Part shown: one piece after another, positions 45,570 to 55,929 of the stretch | Numbering within the stretch: position 1 is the stretch's first letter | Layout of the letters: each line of letters begins with the position of its first letter | Assembly: GCA_001600815.1 (NCBI GenBank) | Contig: BCKZ01000007.1 | Span: forward strand, 1,040,059-1,104,058 | Source of the DNA: Alloascoidea hylecoeti | Taxonomy: Eukaryota | DNA: 64,000 nucleotides | Direction: 5' to 3' | The notes under the pieces: generated by a model | Databases searched by the model: none | Told to the model about the DNA's origin: nothing | Seen by the model: the letters and a program-made list of their open reading frames with translations, nothing else | Position numbers and translations under genes: made by a program

Positions 45570-46625
45570 ATGGAGAATATATCTTTTGGTGATGCTAAAA
45601 TTAAATTGGTTCCTTATATCTTGGATTTTTTAGAAAGAAATGGCTATAAGAAAGCTCAAAAGGCATTGAAAAAAGAATGTAAGAAAGCATTAAAGCAGAA
45701 CGATGATGAAGAACAGCCACTCCAACTGGAAGCCATTTATTGGCTATTTGATAATAACTTAACTGTTGATTCATTAAATTCTATTGCAAATGATTCGGAT
45801 AGTGATGAAAGTGGTAATGATTCAGATAGTGATGAAAGTGATAACAAGTCCGATAGTCAAAGTGATGAGGAATCGGATAGTGAAAGTGAAAGGATCGAAA
45901 AGAAGAAAAGTTCTGATAAATCTGACTCTGATAGCTCAAATTCTAGTAATGATGATAGTGACAGTGACAGTGACAGTGACAGTGATAGTGACAGTGACAG
46001 TGATAGTGATAGTGATAGCGATGACTCTGATGAGGAAAAAAAGAAGGAATCAAAAAAATCTGATGAAAGTTCTTCTAGTGATTCAAACTCCTCTGATAGC
46101 AGCTCTGACGAAGATGATAAAAACTCAACTTCTAAAAAACGTGCGCACTCCTCAGATTCTTCTTCTTCTAGCAAGGACTCCGATGATTCAGACGATTCAG
46201 ACTCTTCCTCTGATAGTAGCTTAGATAAAAAACCTTTGAAAAAAAGGGCCAGAAAAGAAACCAAAAAAGAAGAATTATCCTCATCTCCTGAATCCACAGC
46301 TGACGAACCATCTTCTGCAACACTAAGTGTTTCTACATCTCCTGAAGCCGATGAGCAAGTAACCACAATAAATAAAGAAACACTAAAGCCTGGTCAAAGA
46401 AATCATTTTTCGAGAATAGATAGATCTAAAATTTCTTTTGAATCCCATGAGTTGCAGGATAACACATTTAAAGGTGCAGCTGGAAATTGGGGCGAGTTAG
46501 CAAACACAAAACTTATGCAAGTTAGAGGTAAAGATTTCACAAAATCAAAAAATAAAATGAAGAAAGGTAGTTATAGAGGGGGATCAATTACCATGGCTTC
46601 TGGTAGTTATAAATTTACGGATTAA
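45570..46625 (+). CDS. SRP40: Nucleolar phosphoprotein Srp40/Nopp140-like
   Basis: LisH-like N-terminus, Ser/Asp tracts with (GAYAGT)n repeats, and the C-terminal SRP40 domain FSRIDRSK...VRGKDFTKSKNKMKKGSYRGGSI. Confidence 0.92.
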   Translation: MENISFGDAKIKLVPYILDFLERNGYKKAQKALKKECKKALKQNDDEEQPLQLEAIYWLFDNNLTVDSLNSIANDSDSDESGNDSDSDESDNKSDSQSDEESDSESERIEKKKSSDKSDSDSSNSSNDDSDSDSDSDSDSDSDSDSDSDSDDSDEEKKKESKKSDESSSSDSNSSDSSSDEDDKNSTSKKRAHSSDSSSSSKDSDDSDDSDSSSDSSLDKKPLKKRARKETKKEELSSSPESTADEPSSATLSVSTSPEADEQVTTINKETLKPGQRNHFSRIDRSKISFESHELQDNTFKGAAGNWGELANTKLMQVRGKDFTKSKNKMKKGSYRGGSITMASGSYKFTD

Positions 46626-46904
46626 ATTCGAACTATGGTAGAAAAATCAAAAATACTCACCGATTAGTGGAAGTTTGAAATGAAGCTTTGCATCCGATAT
46701 TGTACTGTTAAATGAACATATCATTTTTATATACATTTTTTATAATCTAGGTTTTTTGCGCTCTACTAATTATACTATCTATAGATATAGATTTTGTTAG
46801 AACTATAGATAATAGCAAATATCAAGCAAACCTCTTGAGTTCAACTGTAAAAATAAATAATAAATAGTAGAATTATACTATGTAGGGCATATTAATTATT
46901 AGAG

Positions 46905-48137
46905 TTATAATTTGCTTGAAGAAATAGTCTTAACCTCTTGTTTTAAGTTATTAATTATAGTGATATAACCAGCCTCTTGTAACTTTGATCTAATAACAAC
47001 AGAGTCTGCTGTTTTAGCTATATCTCCTAATCTAACAGATACTTTGTTTGGGTCTTCAGATAACCTTTGATCCACAAAATTTTCAATAGCATTAATTATT
47101 TCATCCGGTTTTTCAATATTCACTAAATGTTCACCACCTTCGATATCTAAAGGAGTACAATGTTTAAGTTGACTTCTAATTTTTTCAGCACTTTCTGGTG
47201 GATTCCATGTAGCTTTTGAACCAATAACATGCAAAACTGGAACTCTTATTAAAGGTAATAAGCTAAATCCATCATCGATACAATCCGGAACGCCCATATA
47301 TGTGACTAATTGTTGCTTTTTAGAAGTCCTCGTCTTAAATTTGGCATTTGTTTGGGTTTTATATTTAATTTCGATTTGCTCGGCCTCCTTTAAATCATCC
47401 AATACTTTGGGATGTGCATTTTTGAAAAAACCTGACTGAAACCAATCATTATAAGCTTCATCAGATATAAATTCATCTTGTATGGTTCTTTCAAGTGCTA
47501 AAAAGAGACCAAGAAGTTGCTTTTTATATTTTTCATCATGCTTTGCGTAAATAACAGGTTCAATTGAAATGACAGAATCATACAAGAGGGGATCTAAAAA
47601 GGCTGAAGTGAGACTGTAAAATGAAGTATACTAGAATTAGTATTTATATTAGCATTATGGTTGATCATTTACTTACACCTGGTATCCACCCATTGAATGG
47701 CCAATTGATAGTGTTCTCCCTTTAAGATTCAGCTTTTTAACAACTCTGGAAATATCTTTACCTCCATCAAGCCAGTTATAACACCAACCAACTTTATTCT
47801 TATTCAAAAGATAGCTATCACCATGATTAACGGCATCAATAGCTACGGCAGTCCCAAGGATCCATTTCCGATCTTTTTTATCATTTCCGCGGAACAACTT
47901 ATCAATATGATAATTCCATACTTCTTTACACATACCTGTTCCATGGACAAAGATGAGGTTGATGATTTCCTTGTTATGAAGGTCATTGTGAGCCGAGTCC
48001 ACTGAGTCCAATAACCTAGACTCATAAACGGTGAGGACTAAATCCAATCTGTCAGAAGGATAAACAGTTGAATTGAGCGGAGTGCGTGGGTAATGAGCAT
48101 CCTGAGTTCTTAAAGTCTTTATATAAGGTATTGGCAT
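46905..48137 (-). CDS. Peroxisomal alpha/beta-hydrolase, Lpx1-like; exons 47677-48137 and 46905-47613
   Basis: LIFVHGTGMCKEVW, DAVNHGDS and GHSMGG. Intron 47614-47676 (GTAAGT...CTAAT...CAG) restores frame; GGEHLV and a C-terminal PTS1 SKL follow. Confidence 0.87.
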
Positions 48138-50176
48138 TTAAAAATATCGATGGTTATGGCGAAAGAAGGTTTAAAAAGAGAATATTTATTGGTGTGGAGA
48201 AACATCCGATAATTGAATGGGGTAAGCATCTTCATATCATGTGAAGTAATGCATGCATCATATTATGACTTCTATAGAATATTCGAACATATAATTATAA
48301 CGAATAACTGACAACTCTTCTACTATATATTTTAATAATGTATTTCTCACATAGACACACTCTCCATAAAAATATTAAACCTTGATCAATGAAAATATGA
48401 CATTAAAATTATAAAGCCGCCATTCATCAGGAGGGATTCAAATATTCAAACAGTATTATTTAATGAAGTCTTCGCTTTATTCTTTAAATACCAGTACAAT
48501 GTTTGTCTAACAGTGCAGAATGTAATCATAAATTATCGAGCTTTCACCTAAAATTGAATACAATCTATACCAAAATCTACTATAAGCCGATATCTGGTGG
48601 GAATTGTTTTTGTACTTTTCATTCAAATTTTATAAATATTGTTAAAGTTCAAAGTGCCTGTTCTCCCAATTGCGCCAAAAAGCCAATCGACCCTTTAGTG
48701 AACTGTTCTAAGAGTGTAATATATATCCAACAAATATGTATAAATATTACGTTTTGGAATTCTCTATTTTAATTGTAAGTAGCTATGTTGCTTTATAATT
48801 TAGTTAGGCTCCACAGGAGTCATACTAGCTATCTAATTCATTGAATTAAAAAGCAACGAATACCATCAAGCCTTAGTTGAGCAATATACATCTACTGATA
48901 ATAACACCGCTAGCGCTACGATATATGACACCAGAAAATCTTAAAAAACGAAAATCTTATATCGTATTAGTTGAAATATATTTATAGAAAGATATAAAGT
49001 TGTATATGTTTTTAACAATCAACTACAAATTGTTTATAATAATAATGTGAGCTATAGGCCTACAAGTTAGTCACAATTACTTCCAAATATAGGACTTGAA
49101 AAGGGATTCTTAATTGCAATCGATATCCTCTAGATATTAATATTGTTAAAAATAAGGGAGATAGTAAGATCGTGTCATGATCACATGGGATTGCTTGTGA
49201 TCAGTGTTTAAACTAGTAAATGAAATCATACTCTTCCAACGCAAAGGATTCATATTCGTATGTATAACTTTGCCAGTTGCAAATGGAGAAACTTCAAGTA
49301 TACCTCAATATAAGAAATACCATATATATATGTATACTCATAACTTTTAATATTCAGATTAAATCATAGTGTAACTGAAGTTTTCCTTGAGATTCCTTCA
49401 CTAGAAGGTCTGTTACCAATTGAATAATATTACTTTTAATCTTTCAGCGCTTTTTTATTTTATATAAATATTGTTAATAATTCTCTCATAGTCGCCACCG
49501 TGTATTATATAGGTATAGAGCTTTATGATCGCATTATATAGATGGATGCCTCAGTTTAGCCGTTTTTGAATTGCAATTGGATGGTAGCATTGCGATCGCT
49601 GTAAAAATTTAAACTTATATATTCCCATGGCCGATTCAATATTTTAACGCTTCATACCAACTATTTATATTGACGGTTTAAACCCTGAAATTTTCTTTCT
49701 CTACACAATGTAGTATATGCTGTATATTATCTCATATGTATTCCCCTTGTTGTTCCTACTATTATTACCATTATTATATAATAATGTCAAATCAATTAAG
49801 AATAGTAGCTATATAGTATAGGCCTTTATGTATAAAATCATGATAAGCTTATAACAAGCTTAAAATGATTTGCCATCTTCTAGCTGTGATGATATTAAAA
49901 TCGATATCGAACGTGTGTAAACGGGATAACCCAAAGTTACAATACAGGCCAAATTAAATAAATCAATATTGAATGAGACTAAATTAGATTTAGATCAGCT
50001 TAAACGTCAACTGTATTTTGTGATTGTTGCAACCAGTTGCAACATTATTAATTGCAATTTTAATTTTATCTAAAAATTATTAAATATTTCTTTTGTGAAT
50101 ATAACATTACACAAAACCATAATTGTAAACATCTATAAAAGCACACAACAATTAATATCAACTGTGAAAAAATTTA

Positions 50177-50623
50177 ATGTCTTCTATCAGAATAGGTTTT
50201 AAAAAGAACACAGATATTATGGGAGAAAAAACAATTAAAGCGCTCACGAAGTCCATCAATTTTGTTCTCGATAAAATAACAACCCACGTTTCCGATACAA
50301 ACTCCCACAAAACATATATCGGTAGGAAATTCTCAAGAACAAAATATGAAGCAAAGGATATGATTATTCATCTTCAAGAGTGTTCTAAATGTCATGATCG
50401 TGCCTCACAAGTTGCCGATTATAGTGTTCTAGTTGTTAATGTATTTGCTTGTTATACTTGGGTTATTATTGTTGATGGAACTATTGAATTATGGGATAAA
50501 TTTTATCGAAAATTACCGACTTGGGAAGTTCGACCATATTTGACATATTTGATGATTGCGGTGGTGGTATCGATTCTTTTTAACTATGTGTTTGCTTTCA
50601 TCATTTTAATTCTTATTGGATGA
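50177..50623 (+). CDS. Hypothetical 148-aa protein with a C-terminal hydrophobic segment
   Basis: Longest ORF in a very AT-rich tract, with TATAAAA ~40 nt upstream. No family recognised. Confidence 0.4.
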   Translation: MSSIRIGFKKNTDIMGEKTIKALTKSINFVLDKITTHVSDTNSHKTYIGRKFSRTKYEAKDMIIHLQECSKCHDRASQVADYSVLVVNVFACYTWVIIVDGTIELWDKFYRKLPTWEVRPYLTYLMIAVVVSILFNYVFAFIILILIG

Positions 50624-51161
50624 AATCAATTTATTAAAGTAAAGATGTGAATGGAGTTGATATAAAATGTGGAACATACAAAGATTATAAACTGTGATGA
50701 AGGGACTATACTATGGGATCTCTACTTGAGATTGAGATAACATAACTTTGTAAGGGTATCAAAGCAATAGTATGAGAATCAGATAAACTTTCAATGAAAA
50801 TTTAGCAAAAAGGTGAGAAAATAATATACCCAAACTAGTATAGTAATTAAGGAATAATTTTTTAGCGATTGCACAATCATCATGACTATATTACATTAAC
50901 CTGATAACATGCTTATTTATCCATTGATCAGTTGTAATTAAAAACTTAAGGATATCTGGAGTTGTAAAAGTACTTCCAATAATGATATATCTATTGATAA
51001 ATATAAAGTTTTATACGGAAGCAAGAGTAGTAACTATACCGATATACACATTTTTCTTTGACATATAATTTCCAATTAAAACTTATAACTAGAAACTATT
51101 CAAACATATTTTGATGCTTTAATCCTTCACCTCACAGAGAAAACATATTTTTACCATCACT

Positions 51162-51199
51162 TCATCATGTTTTAGTCAAATCATCATGTTTTAGTCAAA
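51162..51199. repeat. Perfect 19-bp tandem duplication (TCATCATGTTTTAGTCAAA)x2
   Basis: Direct reading. Confidence 0.9.
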
Positions 51200-51406
51200 T
51201 CCATACACAATATTGATACTTACTAGATCAGATGAAATCTCTTGAGAGGTTCGGTAGGAGATATCAATGCTTTTTTTTAACTATACAGGTCAGTTAGGAG
51301 AAAATCCTATTCACGAACGAAGTCTTACATTAGCAAGACACTCAGCCCCTTCTATAATTTTTTTAACGTTTCATATATCATGTATATTTAGAAACTATGT
51401 AAATTA

Positions 51407-51663
51407 TGAGGAAATCTCTACTATATATAGTGAAATAAAAAACCTCTTTATCCATTCTTCTTATTATTTTTGTATGTTCCTGGCATACATCATTCCTCTC
51501 TTCTTATGTTTCTTTACCTGGACCACCTTATTAAATGTTACAAATCTCTTTGTAAAGCGTGTCATCCTCATGCAGGGGCCATGCTAATCTTCTCTGTCTA
51601 GATATATCCATGGCGCGAAGATATATAAAAGATGATTTCTCATATCAAATAGAAAATACCTCA
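51407..51663 (+). mobile_element. Possible older, degenerate solo LTR containing the U6 fragment
   Basis: TGAGG...CCTCA termini, a pyrimidine-rich 5' part loosely resembling the adjacent LTR, and TATATAAAA near 51622. No matching TSD. Confidence 0.3.
51533..51597 (-). ncRNA. U6 snRNA 3' portion only (ACAGAGA box to 3' end); probable pseudogene fragment or isolated exon
   Basis: Minus strand: ACAGAGAAGATTAGCATGGCCCCTGCATGAGGATGACACGCTTTACAAAGAGATTTGTAACATTT. No U6 5' stem-loop or telestem strand upstream, and only T3 downstream. Confidence 0.85.
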
Positions 51664-51668
51664 CACAG

Positions 51669-51972
51669 TGTGAAGATCCATTCTCGACTCTTTTTCTTTA
51701 TCTATCTATTTCCTCTTATTTTCTGTTTATCTGGTTACACTCGTTCCTCTCGTGTTCTCGTAGTTATACTTATTGTTATTATTACGTTTCATGTGATACA
51801 CTCCAGCATGGCCACAATCACACCTATTATCGTATGATATATATATAAACCAGACATAGCTAGAACTATATAAACTCTCGTTTCCATCTAGTTATCTAGT
51901 CTAATTAACTTGTACTTGGCCTTTGTCAAGGTCCTAGTAAGACTCTACAAGCCAATCATAGAATCTCTTACA
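51669..51972 (+). mobile_element. Solo LTR (~304 bp), Ty3/gypsy-like by position, 13 nt upstream of tRNA-Arg
   Basis: TGTGAAGAT...ATCTCTTACA termini (TG...CA, imperfect inverted repeat), 5-bp flanks CACAG/TACAG (4/5 TSD), an internal TATATAAA, and tRNA-proximal placement. Confidence 0.7.
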
Positions 51973-51985
51973 TACAGAAAGAGTT

Positions 51986-52079
51986 GCCCGCGTAGCCTAA
52001 TGGTTAGGGCGTCAGACTTCTATTAAAGTTTCTTTAGATTGCAATCTGAAGATTGTGGGTTCGACTCCCACCGTGGGTG
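51986..52079 (+). tRNA. tRNA-Arg(UCU) with a 21-nt intron (52023-52043)
   Basis: Acceptor GCCCGCG/CGTGGGT, A box TAGCCTAATGG, anticodon stem TCAGA/TCTGA with TCT at 52019-52021, GGTTCGACTCC, and a T5 terminator. Confidence 0.93.
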
Positions 52080-52673
52080 CTTCCTTTTTAATCTGCCCAT
52101 TTGTATAGTCACGTGATAAAACAGTTTAAAATTTTTTTGGTTCCAGGGTGCTCGACCAAACCAAAAGTTAGGGGTCGACCACGCTCGAAGGTCGGATGGT
52201 AGTACCTGGTACTTGGTATACGCACCATACGAAGACGAAACAAATGGACCATGATTGACTGTGTTATGGCTATTATTGGCTAGCGCTCGAGTGTGGTGCA
52301 TAACAATAAATAACGGAAGCGAATATTAAATAACTTAATCTTATACGTATACTAGTAAGCCTAATTACATTTTATATTGATTGATATCGATATTGATATA
52401 TTAATATCCACAGATTTCCCAAACCGACAATGTCAAAAAAACAACAACCTAATTAAACCATAGTGGACTATAAAGAAGATCTAGAGCAGCATAATAAAGC
52501 CAAATAAATCTTTCTAAAACATATAATCCCAATTAGTTGAAAATATCTAAGAATGAGCGAAAATTTAAGGAAGAGTAGTCGATTTCAAATACAATTGCAT
52601 GATACTTTAAATGAAACAGATATATTAATACTAACACTAATAAACTAAAATTACTGTAACTAGATTTCTTTTA

Positions 52674-52902
52674 CTATAAAGGCAATAAATGTTAGTTAAA
52701 CTTTCAAAGATAGTTGTTTATGTTTAGACAACACTTTTTAAAAAGATGAATTTCAATTTATCAGACAATTCTACTATCGGTTTTCCATAAAGGATCAACA
52801 CGGTTATTCAGTTGTCCCTATCTAAATAATATCATCATTATGAAATTCATCTTCTAAACTGCGTTTGAACAATAATTCATCAAACTTACCATTACATATC
52901 AT
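52674..52902 (-). other. Non-coding snoRNA host transcript with intron 52674-52889
   Basis: GTAAGT (52884-52889), ACTAAC (52691-52696) and TAG. Spliced exons encode only MICNVKEI*. Tbf1-like, Reb1 and TATA sites lie upstream at 52955-52999. Confidence 0.75.
52757..52842 (-). ncRNA. SNR64: Box C/D snoRNA, snR64/SNORD74-type (guide for the 25S Cm2337-equivalent)
   Basis: C box ATGATGA (52832-52838), guide TAGATAGGGACA before D' CTGA complementary to LSU rRNA UGUCCCUAUCUA, D box CTGA (52761-52764), and an 11-bp flanking stem GATGAATTTCA/TGAAATTCATC. Confidence 0.85.
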
Positions 52903-53248
52903 TTTTTGGAAGAGAAGAAAATAAATTCCAAAAATAAAATAAAATTTAGAGCTTTTTATACCGTACAAGTCCGGGTAAATCATATACCTTGTTAGGGCTT
53001 CAATTACTATAATGGATGGTATGAGTCTCGAGTTGGTCATCCTACGAGGGTTGGAGATCTTTTAAATACCTATTAATAATAGTTCATTCACCATACAATT
53101 AAGCTTAGTTGATTACCATAATTCGTAGTTACATGTAGATACTAGATACTATAACTTTTTTTTTAAATTTATATGGCCGGTCACATGTTCCATAACCCGA
53201 CCAACTGTGTCGAAATCTTTCACTCTCCATACAAACCAAAACAGAAAA

Positions 53249-53640
53249 ATGCTAAGACAGGCTTTTAATAGCATTCCGAAACTCGCTTCTTCTTCTTTTT
53301 TACCAACCTATACATTGATACCTTTGGTAGGGCTTGGTAATGCTGCATTTGGGTCCTCTACCTTTGTCAGAACTATGATGAAGACGCACAGGGGGTGCTA
53401 TAAGAGATGGATGAAGACAGGATCAGGTTATAAAAGAGTAAGTTATTGATTTAAAGCTGAATAATGCAAATGAAAAAATTATTTAGCTGACAATGAATAT
53501 AGGGTAGAAGTGGCCGAAAGCACGGTAATACTGGATGGGGTGGTACCCTTCTTGGACAACATACTGGTACTATTGGAGCTAAAGGTAAAGGACATGGAGA
53601 TCAAACCAAGAAACTCAAACGATTATTGCCATATATATAG
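53249..53640 (+). CDS. Mitochondrial ribosomal protein bL35m; exons 53249-53437 and 53503-53640
   Basis: Presequence and MKTHRGCYKRWMKTGSGYKR, intron (GTAAGT...GCTGAC...TAG), then GRSGRKHGNTGW...KLKRLLPYI, the L35 pattern. Confidence 0.88.
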
Positions 53641-53967
53641 TCAATTTTTATGATTCTGCATTGTAAATAGATCAATCAAGTATTACTCCACACGTTACTG
53701 TATAATATAATTACAAGGTATCTAGGAAAAGTTTGTTTGACTTGAAAGGTCTGATAATATATAAATAAGTGTATATTACACCGTCTATAAATAATTGATT
53801 GAGATTACCCATTCCTATGTTGGTCTCATCATTTTAATTATAAATTATAAATTATAAATTTATACCGGTAATTCAAATGTCGATATCATTTTTTTGTAAC
53901 TCAGATTACCCGGATTAATAAGAAAATGTTTATTAATTGCAATCGTCAGTTATCATAATATTAAGCC

Positions 53968-54579
53968 ATGCCATTAGAATTAATACTAGATACTCTCAGT
54001 TATATTGATGATGATATCTCAGTTTCAGATCGTGAGAATTCCGAAGCACAGATCACTGAGGAACTAAAAAAAATTCATCAAACTGCACTTTCATCAAAAG
54101 TTGAGAAACTTTTACCTTCAATACCATTAACAAATTCACTTTTAAATCTAGAGATTGGTAAACTTGAGAAACTACCAAAGAAAAATTTAAAGACCATTTT
54201 TAATGATTACACGATGGGTGGGGTTGACATGTCACGATACTCAAATCTATATGAAGATTCTAATAATGAAAACCTTGATCACTTAAGAGCTTATGTTGCT
54301 TTAGCTTATACAAGTAATCGACTACGATCGAACAATTTACTTGGAGAGTATGGGAAAAATCATTGGTTAAGGACCGTTGATGACACATCTAATATATTGG
54401 GTTTACTAGAGAGAAATGTTGAAAAAAAACGAAAAGATGTGGAGGAGATAAATTCAAACAGAAAGAAACAACAATTGGATGCCCAACCACGTTTGTCTTA
54501 CCTAGAAGAACAATGGGAAAAGGGAGTGAAAAGTTGTCTAGAGGTTGGAATAGCGGTCGAAGAACTCAACAATTCTTAA
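53968..54579 (+). CDS. Prp19-complex splicing factor SPF27/BCAS2 (Snt309 family)
   Basis: LDTLSYID, GGVDMSRY, LLGEYGKNHW and INSNRKKQQ...LSYLEEQW motifs. Confidence 0.82.
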   Translation: MPLELILDTLSYIDDDISVSDRENSEAQITEELKKIHQTALSSKVEKLLPSIPLTNSLLNLEIGKLEKLPKKNLKTIFNDYTMGGVDMSRYSNLYEDSNNENLDHLRAYVALAYTSNRLRSNNLLGEYGKNHWLRTVDDTSNILGLLERNVEKKRKDVEEINSNRKKQQLDAQPRLSYLEEQWEKGVKSCLEVGIAVEELNNS

Positions 54580-54833
54580 ACGAAATTTTATAGCTGTATC
54601 GATATAAATAAATTGTATATGATGGGCGCTTTGCTTTGGCAATCTGTATATTATAAGAGTACAACTATTGATAAATAATAATAAACCACGCATTTACCAA
54701 TACAAATAGTAAGTAGCTATATTCTATAGAAATAGCACTATACATTACATGAACCATCTATTACTGGGAAATATAAAAACTCTGAATTAATACATCATGT
54801 TTAAAGATTAAATGAGATACTAGTTAAAAAGCT

Positions 54834-55689
54834 TTATTTGTTTAAGACATCAGCATCATATTTTTGCTTGAACCATGAGACGGAATCTTCTTTTGTAACT
54901 TTATGAGCAAGACCAATCTTTGATTGAGCCCTCTTTCTGCGGGCAATACGAGCACCTGGTCTACCCATGACGACATAAAAGTCCATACCGTAAATTCCAA
55001 TAGAAGGATCATATTTGATACCTAAATCAATGTGTTCGGAAATACCGAAACCAAAGTTACCAGTTTCAGAAAAGTTTCTGTTACGGAGTTGATATTCCTT
55101 AACCTTTAAACCTCTTTCTAAAATTTCTTCAGCTTTTGGCCCACGGACAGTAACATGAACAGCGATCTTTTCATTTCTTCTAATACCAAAAGTTCTAACT
55201 GTGTATCTGGCTTTAGAGTAAACTGGGGTTTGACCAGATAATTGTTCCAATACTTTGGCAGCACGGGTTAATCTATCACCGGATTCACCAACACAAATGT
55301 TTAAGGTGAGCTTCTCGATACGAAGATCTCGCATTGGGTTTGTAGTTTTGCCGCTCTATATAGTATGTTAGACAAAAATGATTTGAAAAGAAATGTTCAT
55401 TTTTTACTGATTCTTGTGGATGAAACTATCGTAATAGTATCATTAGATGTAAAGTACTAAAATGATTAGAATGATCTTTTAATCTATTCATCTTAATCTT
55501 CATGTTGCAATTAGAATATTTCTTTTTCATCGTATCGTATTTGTTGAAATTTATTGTTTCCTAAAACTTCATTTTATAAACCACTCTTAAAAACCTCTTT
55601 ATGAATCCACCAAAACAATATACTAAGTAAGAAGCTACTTCATCCACAGAACTTCAATATATTTGAGAGAATAAAGAGTGACATACCAT
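54834..55689 (-). CDS. RPL11: 60S ribosomal protein L11 (uL5); exon 1 is the ATG (55687-55689), intron 55356-55686, exon 2 54834-55355
   Basis: ATG|GTATGT...CTAAC...[35 protein letters not shown]. Confidence 0.96.
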
Positions 55690-55929
55690 TTCGAAATATG
55701 TTGTTGTCGAATGCAATTGATGAAGACTTCGAAATTGATGATTTTGGATATTCTGTTATCCTAATTCAAAGCGTTCTGAGAGGTACATTGTTAGTACTAC
55801 AATTACGACTGTGACTGAATATTTACTAATTGGGAAAACTCAAATTTATTTAGCCCTAAATAGCATTTTTCAACCGTACATCCTCGATTATATGCGAAAA
55901 CAAATTTTAAAGAAAATTCAAACTCAATA

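Noticed and set aside
52108..52230. Point centromere starting at CDEI-like GTCACGTG
   Set aside because: No long, highly AT-rich CDEII follows; the sequence turns GC-rich within ~30 bp. CACGTG sites also occur in ordinary promoters here.
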